DNA from: a virus
Taxonomy: Duplodnaviria > Caudoviricetes
DNA: 58,085 bases
Strand: one strand, 5' to 3'
Virus record (IMG/VR): IMGVR_UViG_3300047199_000067
Coordinates: 1-58,085 of that record
Both the position numbers and the translations under genes were made by a program. Under the pieces are notes generated by a model, which was given only the letters and a program-made list of their open reading frames with translations, had not been told where the DNA came from and made no database searches. The first letter of the stretch is position 1; each line of letters starts with the position of its first letter. Shown here piece by piece: positions 9,724-20,142 of the stretch.

Positions 9724-10473
9724 GTGAAAATGGAAAAGGATTATTCGAAAGAGTTGAGAGGCGTAGTTGAAATGACTCCGTGGCAGGTCGCAGAGATTAG
9801 AGAGTTGAAGAAACGTATTATGGCGCAGGAAGGAGGGGCGGGAGAGAAGGAGAAAGAGTTTCAATGGCAGGTCAGGTTATTGGCGTCTAATATGCCTCAT
9901 ATATATTGGGGGTTAGAATTAAAGGATTTCGGGGGAGATATAAAGTCGGCTACCATAGTACAAAAATATATCGGTATAATGAAAGAAGCATACGAGGCAG
10001 GACAGGGGATATTATTTTTAGGGCGGCACGGGACGGGTAAGACAATGCTCGCCTGTATCATAGGCAAAGAGGCGATGAGGAAGGGATATACGGTATATTA
10101 TATCGGCATACCAAGTTTGATTGACGGCATTATGTCGGGGTTTAGGAATGAGGAGGCTAAGGAGAGGTTGAGTACTATCGTAACAAGGACCGAGTTTCTT
10201 ATCATAGACGACCTCGGCAAGGAGTATAGGGGCATAGGTCAGAAGCTCGACCCTTTAGTAATGTTAGAGATGGATAGGATATTAAGAGAGAGGATTAACA
10301 GAGGCAAGGTTACTATCGCAACGACTAATTATGATATGAAAGCGGTTACAAAGGCATACGGGGATAGTGTACTTTCGGTATTAAGAGGATACGTCCAATT
10401 CATAGAGGTAAGCGGAGAGGACTTTCGAGGATATTTAGGGGACAAGTTTAAGGAGAGGCTCGAAAAGAAATGA
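9724..10473 (+). CDS. DnaC/IstB-like AAA+ helicase loader
   Basis: GRHGTGKT Walker A, LIIDDLGKE Walker B, TIATTN, G.DFR. Confidence 0.85.
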   Translation: MKMEKDYSKELRGVVEMTPWQVAEIRELKKRIMAQEGGAGEKEKEFQWQVRLLASNMPHIYWGLELKDFGGDIKSATIVQKYIGIMKEAYEAGQGILFLGRHGTGKTMLACIIGKEAMRKGYTVYYIGIPSLIDGIMSGFRNEEAKERLSTIVTRTEFLIIDDLGKEYRGIGQKLDPLVMLEMDRILRERINRGKVTIATTNYDMKAVTKAYGDSVLSVLRGYVQFIEVSGEDFRGYLGDKFKERLEKK

Positions 10474-11804
10474 ATGACGCTGGAAATTTTGAAAGAGATA
10501 TTATAACGGGTATGCTCAAGGGGTATAGTCCGAAGAAGGTGCTTGTCCAATTCACGCAGGAATATTTTACCACGAAAGAGATGAGGGCGATATATATTAT
10601 CTCAAAGGAGTATTATGAGAAGTTCGGAGAAATGCCTGATTTGGATATCATAGTAAATGAAACCGCCAAGCGTACAACCGCTAACGCTGATGAACTTACT
10701 AAGATGAGGATGTTTATAGAAAAGGCGATGACGTCAAGTATGGATGAAGGCAAGTATGTATATGCGGTTGAGGAGATGCAGAAGTTTTATATTTCGAGAA
10801 GGCTCAAGGATACAATACGGGAAGCCCTTGTTTATGTGGAGAAGGGACAGCCAGCACAGGCACAGGATTATATGTTGAGTAATCTTATTGACTTGTCCAC
10901 GTCGGGCAGGGATGTGGTGATGATTGATTTCGTGGACGGGTTTGAGGAGAGGAAAAAGAGTCTTTTAAGGAGGGCGGAGAACCCCGATATATTAAAGGAG
11001 TTCTGTATACCGACAGGCATACCAGAGATTGATGAGGAGTTGGACGGAGGGTTAAGGAAGGGAGAGTTCGGGCTATGGCTTGCCGCCCCCGAAGGAGGAA
11101 AGAGCATATCCTTACAGAATATCGCCGTCAATGTCGCATTGGCGGGGTATAATGTCGCATTGATTACTATTGAAATGACACCAGAGCAGACCGCTTACAG
11201 GCTTGACTCGTCATTGACGGGCATAAAATATAAAGGGTTTAGGAGAGCGAAGATAACCGCAGACGAATTACAGCATTGGGCGGATAGTGTAAAAAGGTTG
11301 CCGAAGAACAGGCTTAAAATCATAGGCGTGCCAGAAGGATGTACCTGCCGTCTTATCGAAGCGGAGTTGCAAAAGATAAAAGGTATGTTTAATCCTGATA
11401 TAATTCTTGTTGATTATGCGGGGATAATGAGCCCCAACGAAGGGAAGTACCAAAGCAGTATGGATTGGAAATACGTTGGCGAGATAGTAAGGAATTTAAA
11501 GGGGCTGGCATTGAAACTCAATATCCCTATATGGAGTGCGTCGCAGTTATTGGTAGGCTCAAAAGAGAAGGAGAGTGTGTCTTTCGGAGATATAGGATTA
11601 GCAAGACAGCAGATTGCGGCTCACGCTGACGTATGTATCGCTATCGTAAGGACTCAACAGATGATTGAAATGGAGCAGGCGAGGTTGCAGTTTGTCAAGG
11701 CAAGAGAGGGAGTATTAAAGAGGATAGTGGACGTCATAACTGATTTCGATAAGATAAGGTTAAGCGTAACAGGCAAGAAAGAGGAGGAGGTCGTTCCGTT
11801 TTGA
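10470..11804 (+). CDS. dnaB: DnaB-like replicative helicase
   Basis: IPTG..EID..L.GG, APEGGKS, TIEM, VDYA, SASQ. Confidence 0.9.
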   Translation: MNDAGNFERDIITGMLKGYSPKKVLVQFTQEYFTTKEMRAIYIISKEYYEKFGEMPDLDIIVNETAKRTTANADELTKMRMFIEKAMTSSMDEGKYVYAVEEMQKFYISRRLKDTIREALVYVEKGQPAQAQDYMLSNLIDLSTSGRDVVMIDFVDGFEERKKSLLRRAENPDILKEFCIPTGIPEIDEELDGGLRKGEFGLWLAAPEGGKSISLQNIAVNVALAGYNVALITIEMTPEQTAYRLDSSLTGIKYKGFRRAKITADELQHWADSVKRLPKNRLKIIGVPEGCTCRLIEAELQKIKGMFNPDIILVDYAGIMSPNEGKYQSSMDWKYVGEIVRNLKGLALKLNIPIWSASQLLVGSKEKESVSFGDIGLARQQIAAHADVCIAIVRTQQMIEMEQARLQFVKAREGVLKRIVDVITDFDKIRLSVTGKKEEEVVPF

Positions 11805-12751
11805 AGTATAAAGTAATATCGGATAATATAGATGTCTTGAAATTATTGGAAGTGCTCAAGATAGAAGGCAAGGTCATAGGGGATGATTTTATGGCAAGCT
11901 GTCCCGTCAATCCTGACCACGAAGATAAGAACCCGTCGTGGGGAATACGGATAGAGGGCGACGCCAAAGGAGTGTGGCATTGTTACGGGTGCGGGATGAA
12001 AGGCAATGCTATACATCTGGTTATGAGTATAAAAGGCGTGAGCAGGGAGGAGGCGGAAAAGCTCTTATGCGAGTGGTTCGATATACAGGATATTACGCCC
12101 GATATTAGTGTGCAGGAGATATTAAAGATGATGGATAGGAAAGAGGCGGTAGAGGAGGAGGAGATACTCATAATCCCTTTGCCAAGATTGTCGGACAGTA
12201 AGATAGAAGCAGTAAGATATTTAATGGCTAAAAGGAGATACACGGAATTAGAGGCGTGGGATATAATCAACGCTTATCAGATAGGGTTTTGTGAGAAGGG
12301 GTATTATAAGGGCAGGATTATAATACCTATTTATGACAGCGCAGGAGTCTATATTACTTATGAGGCGCAGGCGACCGACGGCAACGGGAAGAAGAAGCTC
12401 TACCCTAAAGGCTCTATGATAAGTCGGCTTGTGTTTAATGATTATAATATATCAGAGAAAAGGGCGGTCATAGTGGAAGGGATATGGGACGCATTGAGGC
12501 TAAGGTCATACGGCATACCAGCAATAAGTATATTCGGGAGCAGCCTATCTAAACACCAGGCGTGCAGGGTTATAAGGAAGTATGAAGAAGTAGTCCTGTT
12601 CTTTGACGGGGATAAGGCAGGTCAGGGAGCAGAGGAGAAGGCGGTACAAGCCCTGTTCCCGTATGTTAAGGTAAGGAGTATCTCTATTGAGGGGAAAGAC
12701 CCTGATGACCTCAATAGAGAGGAAGTAAGTAACTTGAAGATATTTGGATAA
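11801..12751 (+). CDS. dnaG: DNA primase (CHC2 Zn finger + TOPRIM)
   Basis: CP...H.D..PS...CYGC, IVEGIWDAL, FDGDKAG, KDPDD. Confidence 0.9.
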   Translation: MKYKVISDNIDVLKLLEVLKIEGKVIGDDFMASCPVNPDHEDKNPSWGIRIEGDAKGVWHCYGCGMKGNAIHLVMSIKGVSREEAEKLLCEWFDIQDITPDISVQEILKMMDRKEAVEEEEILIIPLPRLSDSKIEAVRYLMAKRRYTELEAWDIINAYQIGFCEKGYYKGRIIIPIYDSAGVYITYEAQATDGNGKKKLYPKGSMISRLVFNDYNISEKRAVIVEGIWDALRLRSYGIPAISIFGSSLSKHQACRVIRKYEEVVLFFDGDKAGQGAEEKAVQALFPYVKVRSISIEGKDPDDLNREEVSNLKIFG

Positions 12752-12757
12752 TTTTAC

Positions 12758-12786
12758 TTGACAGGAATTTTATATTATAATATACT
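12758..12786 (+). promoter_or_regulatory. Sigma70-type promoter upstream of the polymerase operon
   Basis: TTGACA-17bp-TATACT. Confidence 0.75.
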
Positions 12787-13006
12787 ATGAGATACCGAAA
12801 TGAATATAAAGTTTAAGGCGTCTTTCGGGTGGGAGATACAGATAGTTGACACGGTAGAAGAAGCAGAGGGAGGCTTCTATATTTTGTATAAATACCTACC
12901 ACAGTTAATTGACACGGTCAAAAGACAGTCAAACGGCAAGGTCGTTGACACAGCACAAGCCAAGAAGTTGATGGCTATAGGCTATATCAGCCTGAAATGA
13001 GGAGCC

Positions 13007-16000
13007 GTGGTCAGATTCAGAATAAAAGATAATCAGGTATTCAAGTTAGAAGATAATAAGCCACCAGTAGCGGTCGGGTCGTTACAGGGTGGTTTTTTTA
13101 TTGCCCAAAGAGATATGATGGAGCACCTGCATTTTGTACACGACGGCTGGGGAGTGGACTGCGGGTTAGTGGAGTGTTTCCTAACCAATAAAGGAACGGG
13201 TAACGTAGAATTATTGCAGGATATAAACGTACATTATGTAAAGATAAACAACAAGACGTTTGATGAGGATTATTACACAGACCTGGGAATCATCAGGCAG
13301 TTCGGCATACGGGAGGAATACGGAGAGCACGGGGAGCAATATATCTTACCAAGGATATATTGGAGTCTTGTCAATGATTATGAGCGAAGGTCGGAAGGGT
13401 TCGTTCACCTGCACGTGCATAGTGATTACTCTTTATTAGACGGTATGGGAAAGATTGAGGAGTATGTCTTCACGGCAAAACGTATGGGGATGAAAGCATT
13501 AGCCCTTACTGACCACGGCAACGTCATAGGTCTTAGCAAGTTCCATAAGGTATGCAAGCAGGCAGGCATTAAGCCCATACTCGGTAGCGAGTTTTATGTG
13601 GTAGGGGACATATCGGTTAAGGAAAGAAAAGACATAAGACATATAGTCTTATTGGCGAAGAATTATACGGGATATAGAAATCTTTTAAGACTATCTACGA
13701 AGTCGTTCCTGGAAGGGTTTTATTATAAACCAAGAATAAGCAAGGCGTCTATTGTTGAACTCGGTGAAGGTCTGATTGTCTTATCGGCGTGCGCAGGAGG
13801 GCAGGTCTGCCGTCTCATTGAGGAGGGGAAGGTTATTGAGGCGGAGCAGGAGATGATGTTCTGGAAGACCCACTTTGGAGAAGATTATTATTTGGAATTA
13901 CAGGCGGACAGCTTGGAGGTATATTGCAAATGTAATCCTACCATAGTTGAGTTAGCGAAGAAGTGCGGAGTCCCATTGGTAGCGAGCGTCGACGTTCATT
14001 ATACCTATCAGAAGGATAGGAGCTGCCACGATATATTATTAGGCATACAGAAAAGGAAAAGCATACACGACAAGCCAGGTTTTGAGGCGGGGACGTATTG
14101 GTTCACGAGTAAAGAAGAAACAGAAAAGATGTATGAACAATACCAAACGAGAGTCCCCTACCAGGCGGTCGATGATGCGATAAAGAATACGGAGGAGGTC
14201 GCAAGGAAGATTGGGGAGTATGAGATAACTACTACATTGAAACTGCCAAGTCCCGTGCGGTCAACATCATTGAGCAAGATATGCTTTGATAGGATGTTTG
14301 AGGCGGGGCTAAAGGGCGATGAATATGTAACCAGGTTGAGTAGGGAGCTTGATGTCATAGCGGAGATGGAGTTCGAAGATTACTTCCTTATGTTGCAAGA
14401 GGTTATTGAGTGGGCGAAAAGTAAAGGTATTAGGGTAGGGGCAGGGAGGGGGAGTGTCGCAGGGAGTCTTGTCGCTTATGTATTAGGCATTACGCAGGTC
14501 GACCCTTTAAGGTTCGGGTTGCTATTCGAGAGGTTTTTAAATATAGGGAGAAAGGTCGCCCCAGATATTGATATAGATTTTGACAGCTTACGGAGGGATG
14601 AGGTCATTGAGTTTATTAAAGGAAGATATAATACTGCGAGAATATCCACAGTTGTAAGGCTCAACGGGAGGGGTATTGTACGGGACGGAGCGAAGGTATG
14701 CGGCGTAGCCCCCTGGTCGGTAGAATTATTGGCAAAGAGTATCCCGTTCAACCACTCCATAGATAAGGCATACGTATATGAGAGTCAATTCCGTGGTATG
14801 TTTGATGACCATAAAGAGGATATGTTAAAGGTCAGGAGGCTCGAAGGAGTAATCAAAACGGTAGGGCTGCACCCTGCGGGAGTCATCATATCGGATGAGG
14901 ATATAGGAAGATACTTTGCTTTAAGATTATCGGACGGCAGTACGGGCGAGGCTGTTGTGCAGGGATGTATGGAGGATGTTGATTATGTGGGGCTCATCAA
15001 GGTAGATTTTTTAGGCTCAAAGACCCAAACCATATTGGATATGTGCTGTAAGGCGGTCGGGATAGAGCTTAATGACATATCGTTAGATAGGGAGGTCTGC
15101 CCAAGAGTTTATGAGGAGTTCAGCAAAGGTAATTGTGAGGATATATTCCAGTTCAATTCGGAGTTGGCAAGAGATACCTTGAAGAAGGTTAAGCCTGATA
15201 ATTTCGAGGACTTGACGGCGGTTACGGCGTTAATCCGCCCTGGGGCGGGAGACTTTATCGATGCTTTCGCTAAAAGGGATTATGACCCCTTGATAGACGA
15301 TATGAAGGGCATTGTCGGCAATACGAGGAATATTATCTTATATCAAGAACAAAGTATGCTCGTAGCTCAAAAGATAGCGGGGTTTAGTTTAGAGAAGGCA
15401 GATGACTTGAGGAAAGCCATAGGCAAGAAAATTCCTAAGTTGATGGCGTCATTAAGACAGGACTTTATCAATGGGGGCGCAGCTAAAGGATATGATAAAA
15501 AAATCGTCAGCGAGGTATTTGATATTATAGAGCGGTCGAGCTGGTATTCGTTCAACAAATCCCACGCAATAGCATATACTCTATCAAGTTATTGGTGTAT
15601 GTGGTTCAAGTGCTATCACCCGATAGCCTATGCGGTAGCAGAGATGACGGTTGAGGGGGAAGGGGATAGGGACAAGCTCAAGAGATATATCGAAACTACC
15701 AAGGCGCAAGGCGTTGTTATGTACCCGCCTGACATTAATAAGTCGGAGTGGGGCTTCACGGCAGAGAAGGACGGAGTAAGGTGCGGGCTGTCAATGGTCA
15801 AAAGGTTCTCGGAGAACGGGTACGACCTTATAAAAGAGAAAAGACCGTTTAAGGGGTTCACGGAGTTTATGGAGGCTATATCAGACAATAAAAGAATGGT
15901 CAATAAGGGTGCGGTAGAGTGCCTTATAAATGCGGGGGCGTTCGATACATTTGGCACAAGAAAAGCACTCGGCGAGGCTTTGGAGAATTGGCAGAAGCTC

Positions 16001-16441
16001 ATTAAACAGTTTAAGGGCAAAGAGATAGTCCTTGTTCTTGATGATAAGGAATTGAGTATAGCGGAGAAGGGGCAGAGAGAGTTTGAGGCATTAGGATTTT
16101 ATCTGACAGTCAATCCTATTGAGCCATATAAGAAGCAGTTCAAGGGCGTTACTCCGTGGGATGACTTCCAGGAATACCAAAGAGGTCAAGGAGTATTGGT
16201 CGCAGGAGTTATTGGCACTATCAAGCCATATAAGTCAAAGAATGGCGAGATGGCTTTTATAGAGATAGGATGTTTTGACCACGAATACTCGCTCAATGTA
16301 TGGGCGGAGGCGTGGAAGACATATAAGAAGGATTTGAATGAAGGTGATATAGTTCTTGTCAAAGGTCAGAAATTAGATGAGGATAAGGTATCGGTAGGGG
16401 AGAAAGATACCATAAAGAGGTTAAATCAGGAGGCGGTATGA
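13007..16441 (+). CDS. dnaE: DNA polymerase III alpha subunit with ~125-aa N-terminal extension
   Basis: PHP HLHVHSDYSLLDG and TDHG; GRGSVAGSL; PDIDIDF; HPAGV; FNKSHA; C-terminal OB fold. Confidence 0.95.
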   Translation: MVRFRIKDNQVFKLEDNKPPVAVGSLQGGFFIAQRDMMEHLHFVHDGWGVDCGLVECFLTNKGTGNVELLQDINVHYVKINNKTFDEDYYTDLGIIRQFGIREEYGEHGEQYILPRIYWSLVNDYERRSEGFVHLHVHSDYSLLDGMGKIEEYVFTAKRMGMKALALTDHGNVIGLSKFHKVCKQAGIKPILGSEFYVVGDISVKERKDIRHIVLLAKNYTGYRNLLRLSTKSFLEGFYYKPRISKASIVELGEGLIVLSACAGGQVCRLIEEGKVIEAEQEMMFWKTHFGEDYYLELQADSLEVYCKCNPTIVELAKKCGVPLVASVDVHYTYQKDRSCHDILLGIQKRKSIHDKPGFEAGTYWFTSKEETEKMYEQYQTRVPYQAVDDAIKNTEEVARKIGEYEITTTLKLPSPVRSTSLSKICFDRMFEAGLKGDEYVTRLSRELDVIAEMEFEDYFLMLQEVIEWAKSKGIRVGAGRGSVAGSLVAYVLGITQVDPLRFGLLFERFLNIGRKVAPDIDIDFDSLRRDEVIEFIKGRYNTARISTVVRLNGRGIVRDGAKVCGVAPWSVELLAKSIPFNHSIDKAYVYESQFRGMFDDHKEDMLKVRRLEGVIKTVGLHPAGVIISDEDIGRYFALRLSDGSTGEAVVQGCMEDVDYVGLIKVDFLGSKTQTILDMCCKAVGIELNDISLDREVCPRVYEEFSKGNCEDIFQFNSELARDTLKKVKPDNFEDLTAVTALIRPGAGDFIDAFAKRDYDPLIDDMKGIVGNTRNIILYQEQSMLVAQKIAGFSLEKADDLRKAIGKKIPKLMASLRQDFINGGAAKGYDKKIVSEVFDIIERSSWYSFNKSHAIAYTLSSYWCMWFKCYHPIAYAVAEMTVEGEGDRDKLKRYIETTKAQGVVMYPPDINKSEWGFTAEKDGVRCGLSMVKRFSENGYDLIKEKRPFKGFTEFMEAISDNKRMVNKGAVECLINAGAFDTFGTRKALGEALENWQKLIKQFKGKEIVLVLDDKELSIAEKGQREFEALGFYLTVNPIEPYKKQFKGVTPWDDFQEYQRGQGVLVAGVIGTIKPYKSKNGEMAFIEIGCFDHEYSLNVWAEAWKTYKKDLNEGDIVLVKGQKLDEDKVSVGEKDTIKRLNQEAV

Positions 16442-16914
16442 GCATAATCAAGAACGCAAAGAAGGAATTGCAAGAGGCATATAAACAGAGCGGTGTCCTT
16501 ATCATCAATGAAGCACTTGAAATCATAGACAAGTATCAAACCACAGAGGAAGGGTCGTTGCCTGAATTTGGTATTAAGATGATGCAAGAGGACGCAATGG
16601 TTCTTACGGCTTTGAATTTTACTTTGCAATCATATTGGATACAGTATGAGGCGGAGGCAGATAAGGCAAAGGCAAAGATAAAGTTCGAGAAGGCAAGGCA
16701 GTTTAATCTATTGAAGAAGTCCGATACGAAGAAGTCAGACAAGGTGTGCGAGTATGAGGCGGATGAGGCTACCTATCAATTTATATTGGAGGAGATAGAC
16801 AAAAGGAAAGCCTCAAGGTATCTTGATGTTGCCTGGCAACGGACGGTAGACGTAGTCAATATGTTAAAGAAGATGGTAGAGAGGGCGATGTGGCAAGGTC
16901 CGCAACCAACATAA
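16438..16914 (+). CDS. Helical protein, possibly a UvsY-like recombination mediator
   Basis: Coiled-coil pattern and position next to polymerase; weak family assignment. Confidence 0.4.
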   Translation: MSIIKNAKKELQEAYKQSGVLIINEALEIIDKYQTTEEGSLPEFGIKMMQEDAMVLTALNFTLQSYWIQYEAEADKAKAKIKFEKARQFNLLKKSDTKKSDKVCEYEADEATYQFILEEIDKRKASRYLDVAWQRTVDVVNMLKKMVERAMWQGPQPT

Positions 16915-17122
16915 GTTCCCCGTATAAGCGTGCAAATGAACAGGCTGTCATAAGGAAGTACCTTACAGCCTGTTCGGGGTAATCCATATGAAGATAGGCA
17001 CAAAGACATCGTACAATATGTTAGTATATCTCGTTACCTGGGGTAATCCGAGAGAGAAGAAAGAAGCAAAGGTAGAATTGAGTAGCAGGGCAGGGGACAA
17101 TAACGAGAAAGGAGGTGAAGAT

Positions 17123-17335
17123 ATGGCGAAGAAGACCGTCGCAGAACCAAAGACCCAACCGACGAAGGCAGAAGCAAAGGCAGAACGGCGGCACGAGGTT
17201 TTTAAGGTTAGGAGTAAGGGCGACCTCGGAGTGCCATCGAGAGTGGCACAGGAGGCGGGTATAATAGCAGGGAGTAAGTTTACCTGCAAGGCAACAGGTA
17301 ACGCAGGCGAGATACTTGTGCAATTAGCGCAATAA
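17123..17335 (+). CDS. AbrB/SpoVT-like DNA-binding protein with Lys/Ala-rich N-tail
   Basis: KVRSKGDLGVPSRVAQEAGIIAG matches the AbrB swapped-hairpin pattern; strong AAGGAGGTG SD. Confidence 0.6.
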   Translation: MAKKTVAEPKTQPTKAEAKAERRHEVFKVRSKGDLGVPSRVAQEAGIIAGSKFTCKATGNAGEILVQLAQ

Positions 17336-17351
17336 AGGGGAGGAAGATAAA

Positions 17352-17585
17352 TTGAAAATACTTACAATATCAAAAACGTACGCTCGCAACGTGACAGGAC
17401 CTAAACAGTACCAGTCGAGACGGTTCGAAACCACGTTGACGACAGAAGTGCCGACTGAAGCACAGGCGGAGACCCCTGAAGGAAAGCAGAAATTTATTGA
17501 GCTATCCGACAGGATGAATAAGGCAGTTCAGGCTATCGTAGAAAGGGACGCTGCGCCAGCAGTACAGGAGGCAGAACAGCAATAA
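17352..17585 (+). CDS. Hypothetical protein
   Basis: GGAGG SD, TTG start. Confidence 0.5.
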   Translation: MKILTISKTYARNVTGPKQYQSRRFETTLTTEVPTEAQAETPEGKQKFIELSDRMNKAVQAIVERDAAPAVQEAEQQ

Positions 17586-17616
17586 GGGTAACCAAATTTG
17601 AAAGAAGGAGATACGG

Positions 17617-18141
17617 ATGGCAAAGTATAAGGTAAAGGAAAAAGATTTTGAGACGCCTCCTGAAAATGTTTATGCTATGGATTTGGTCGGCATAGACAGT
17701 ATGGAGGGCAGGAAAGGACCGTTCTTGAGATGGAGATTTGTAATAGCTGATATTTCAGAGCAGGATAAATACGCAGGGGTATTCGTAACAGCTATTACTC
17801 CTATGATGCCGACAATGAATAACAGGTTCGGTAAGTTCCTGCAAGTGCTATACCCTGCAACACAGATTGGGGCAGAGGGCGATACAGAGAAGATAATTGA
17901 TAGTAAGTTCAGGGTCAAGGGCTTTGTTGAGCATAACAAGACCATAGACAAGGGAGAGGAGATTATCTACTGTAACTGCTCGAAGTTCCTTGAAGGTTCT
18001 GCACAGGCAGGCGTAGGGTGCGGGCGTCAGGATTTGGACGCAGACGGGAAGATGAAAAGACCTCAAGAGCAACAACAGGCACAGCCAGCAGGGAAGCAAC
18101 CGCCAGCGGCGGCACCTACGGTTGACGCGATACCTTGGTAA
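17617..18141 (+). CDS. Single-stranded DNA-binding-like protein (DUF669-like)
   Basis: FE.PP...Y N-terminus, Q/P/A-rich linker, C-terminal DAIPW tail. Confidence 0.65.
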   Translation: MAKYKVKEKDFETPPENVYAMDLVGIDSMEGRKGPFLRWRFVIADISEQDKYAGVFVTAITPMMPTMNNRFGKFLQVLYPATQIGAEGDTEKIIDSKFRVKGFVEHNKTIDKGEEIIYCNCSKFLEGSAQAGVGCGRQDLDADGKMKRPQEQQQAQPAGKQPPAAAPTVDAIPW

Positions 18142-18145
18142 TAAG

Positions 18146-19255
18146 ATGTGGATACTGAAAGTAGACATAGAAAACTTTCAAAAGCATAGCAAGTTCGTGG
18201 CAGAGTTTACTCCGCACGTTAATTGTATCATAGGTGAAACCGATAAGGGTAAATCCTGCCTCGTTCGTGCTATTAAGTGGGTGCTATTCAACGAACCCAA
18301 AGGAGATATAGTCCGTAAATCGGGGACGAGAGAGACTCGTGTTACTCTCGTCCTTGATAACGGGTACACGGTTACAAGGATAAAGTCTTCAAAGGAGAAC
18401 GCTTATATAATCAATGAAACAAGATATGATAGCTTTGGGAAGGATATACCAGAGGAAGTAACGAGAGTGCTTTCGGCTATCCCTATGGTAGTTGAGAAAG
18501 ACGGAATTATACTTAACATATCAGACCAATTAGCCCCGCCGTTTTTATTAAGTGAAAGCGGAGGGCTACGGATGAAGGTCTTGAACAAGCTCATAGGGAG
18601 CGATATTTTAGACTTTGTAGCGGTAGATTTGAATAAAGATATATTGAGGATAGGGAGAGAGGAGAAGGTTGTAGCAGAGACTCTTGCGAAGAATAGGGTA
18701 GAGCTTAGCGGGACAGAAGCAGACCTCTATGCTAAGTCAAAGGTTTTAAGAGACGTACAAGCCCTTTATGAGAAATTATCTCAAAAAGTGAAGGTATATG
18801 AGCAGGTACAGGGGTTATATGTGGGGGCGAAAGCCAAATCCGAAGAAATAGGCAGGGCAGACAGTGAACTCAAAACTATTGCCCTGCCTGTCGGCATTGA
18901 GGAGCTGTCAACCATAGCCGTCAGGTTTACAAAAGTATTGGAAGTCTTTACAAGGGTTGTAGATACGAAAAAAGAGATAGAGGCAACGGCTATGAGGGCT
19001 GAAAGTATGGTCATACCAGAAGACCTTGAAATCTATATATCCCTGGCAACGGCATTTCAGAGTGCTAAAATCCTGCACCAGAAGGCGTCTGCTGGGCGAA
19101 CGGAGATAAGGGCGACCATAGAGACCCTTGGGGTATTGGGTACGGGAATAGGACAGTTAAAAGGGCGGTATAGCGAAATTTTAAAGCAGTACGGCAAATG
19201 CCCTGTGTGTCATACGGAGGTTACGCAAGAGGTCTTGGATAGGATAGAATTATGA
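18146..19255 (+). CDS. SbcC/Rad50-like ATPase, N-terminal half ending in Zn hook
   Basis: IENFQKH, GETDKGKS Walker A, Q-loop, coiled coil, terminal CPVC; no signature or Walker B. Confidence 0.85.
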   Translation: MWILKVDIENFQKHSKFVAEFTPHVNCIIGETDKGKSCLVRAIKWVLFNEPKGDIVRKSGTRETRVTLVLDNGYTVTRIKSSKENAYIINETRYDSFGKDIPEEVTRVLSAIPMVVEKDGIILNISDQLAPPFLLSESGGLRMKVLNKLIGSDILDFVAVDLNKDILRIGREEKVVAETLAKNRVELSGTEADLYAKSKVLRDVQALYEKLSQKVKVYEQVQGLYVGAKAKSEEIGRADSELKTIALPVGIEELSTIAVRFTKVLEVFTRVVDTKKEIEATAMRAESMVIPEDLEIYISLATAFQSAKILHQKASAGRTEIRATIETLGVLGTGIGQLKGRYSEILKQYGKCPVCHTEVTQEVLDRIEL

Positions 19256-20142
19256 GCGATGTCTTGGTGGAGCAATTAACATATAAGGGTCAGAAACTAA
19301 CGGAGTTATCACGTGAGGAGTTGATAAAGATAATAGCGGTTATGTTCAATATGTATCAAGAAGAAAGAAAGTGGTTCAAACTATTAGTTGCAAAAAGGGA
19401 CAAATGATAAAAGCCATAAAGAAGTATCTGAATCATAGGCGTCTTATGCGGACGTTGACATTGTTAAAGCAGTTGGATAATTTTTTAAAGAATACAGGCG
19501 TATCAAGGCAGGAGAGAAGATACTTCTGGCGGGCTATGGCTAAAGACGAGGATAGGGATAAGACGATAGAGCGGATAGCAAAAGAGGCGAAGGAGGTATT
19601 GGGCGATGGAGGCTAAACCAGTCAACGGCGTAGTAGTTATTAAGTGCGATTTTTGTGAGGCAGAGATAAATAAGTCTGTCGTCCAAGAACAACAGTTAAG
19701 CGGTTGGACGTGGGGGAGGAGAGGTATGGTGATGAGCCTTTCGGGGTGTTATTTAGATACAGGAGAGTGCAGGCACGCTTGTCCGAAAGAGTTATGCAAG
19801 GCGAGGTTATTAGTATGGGCAAGGAGTTAAGATGAAGCAGATGTTAAATGCAGAAGTCAACAGCGAGACATTTAAGACGGTTTTACATAAGGCGAGATTA
19901 TTATGCGTGATGGACGCTATGGAGAAGGGCTTATCGCCGACCGTTCATTTCAAAATGACCATAGACTCTATCGACTTTGCCGCACAAGCCATAGCGGGTG
20001 CTATCGCAATACTCCATAGGGATAAGCAGGAGGAGTGCAAGAAGATGTTATTAGCTGATGTGGAAAAGGCGGTTAATCAATATTTAAAGGTCGCAGAGCG
20101 TTGTGTTGAGGTGGCTAAAAAGATGCACGGGGATTTGGAGAT

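Noticed and set aside
13007-16441. Intein or intron in DnaE, DnaB or TerL
   Set aside because: Motif spacing is normal, with no intein-type splice junctions or endonuclease inserts
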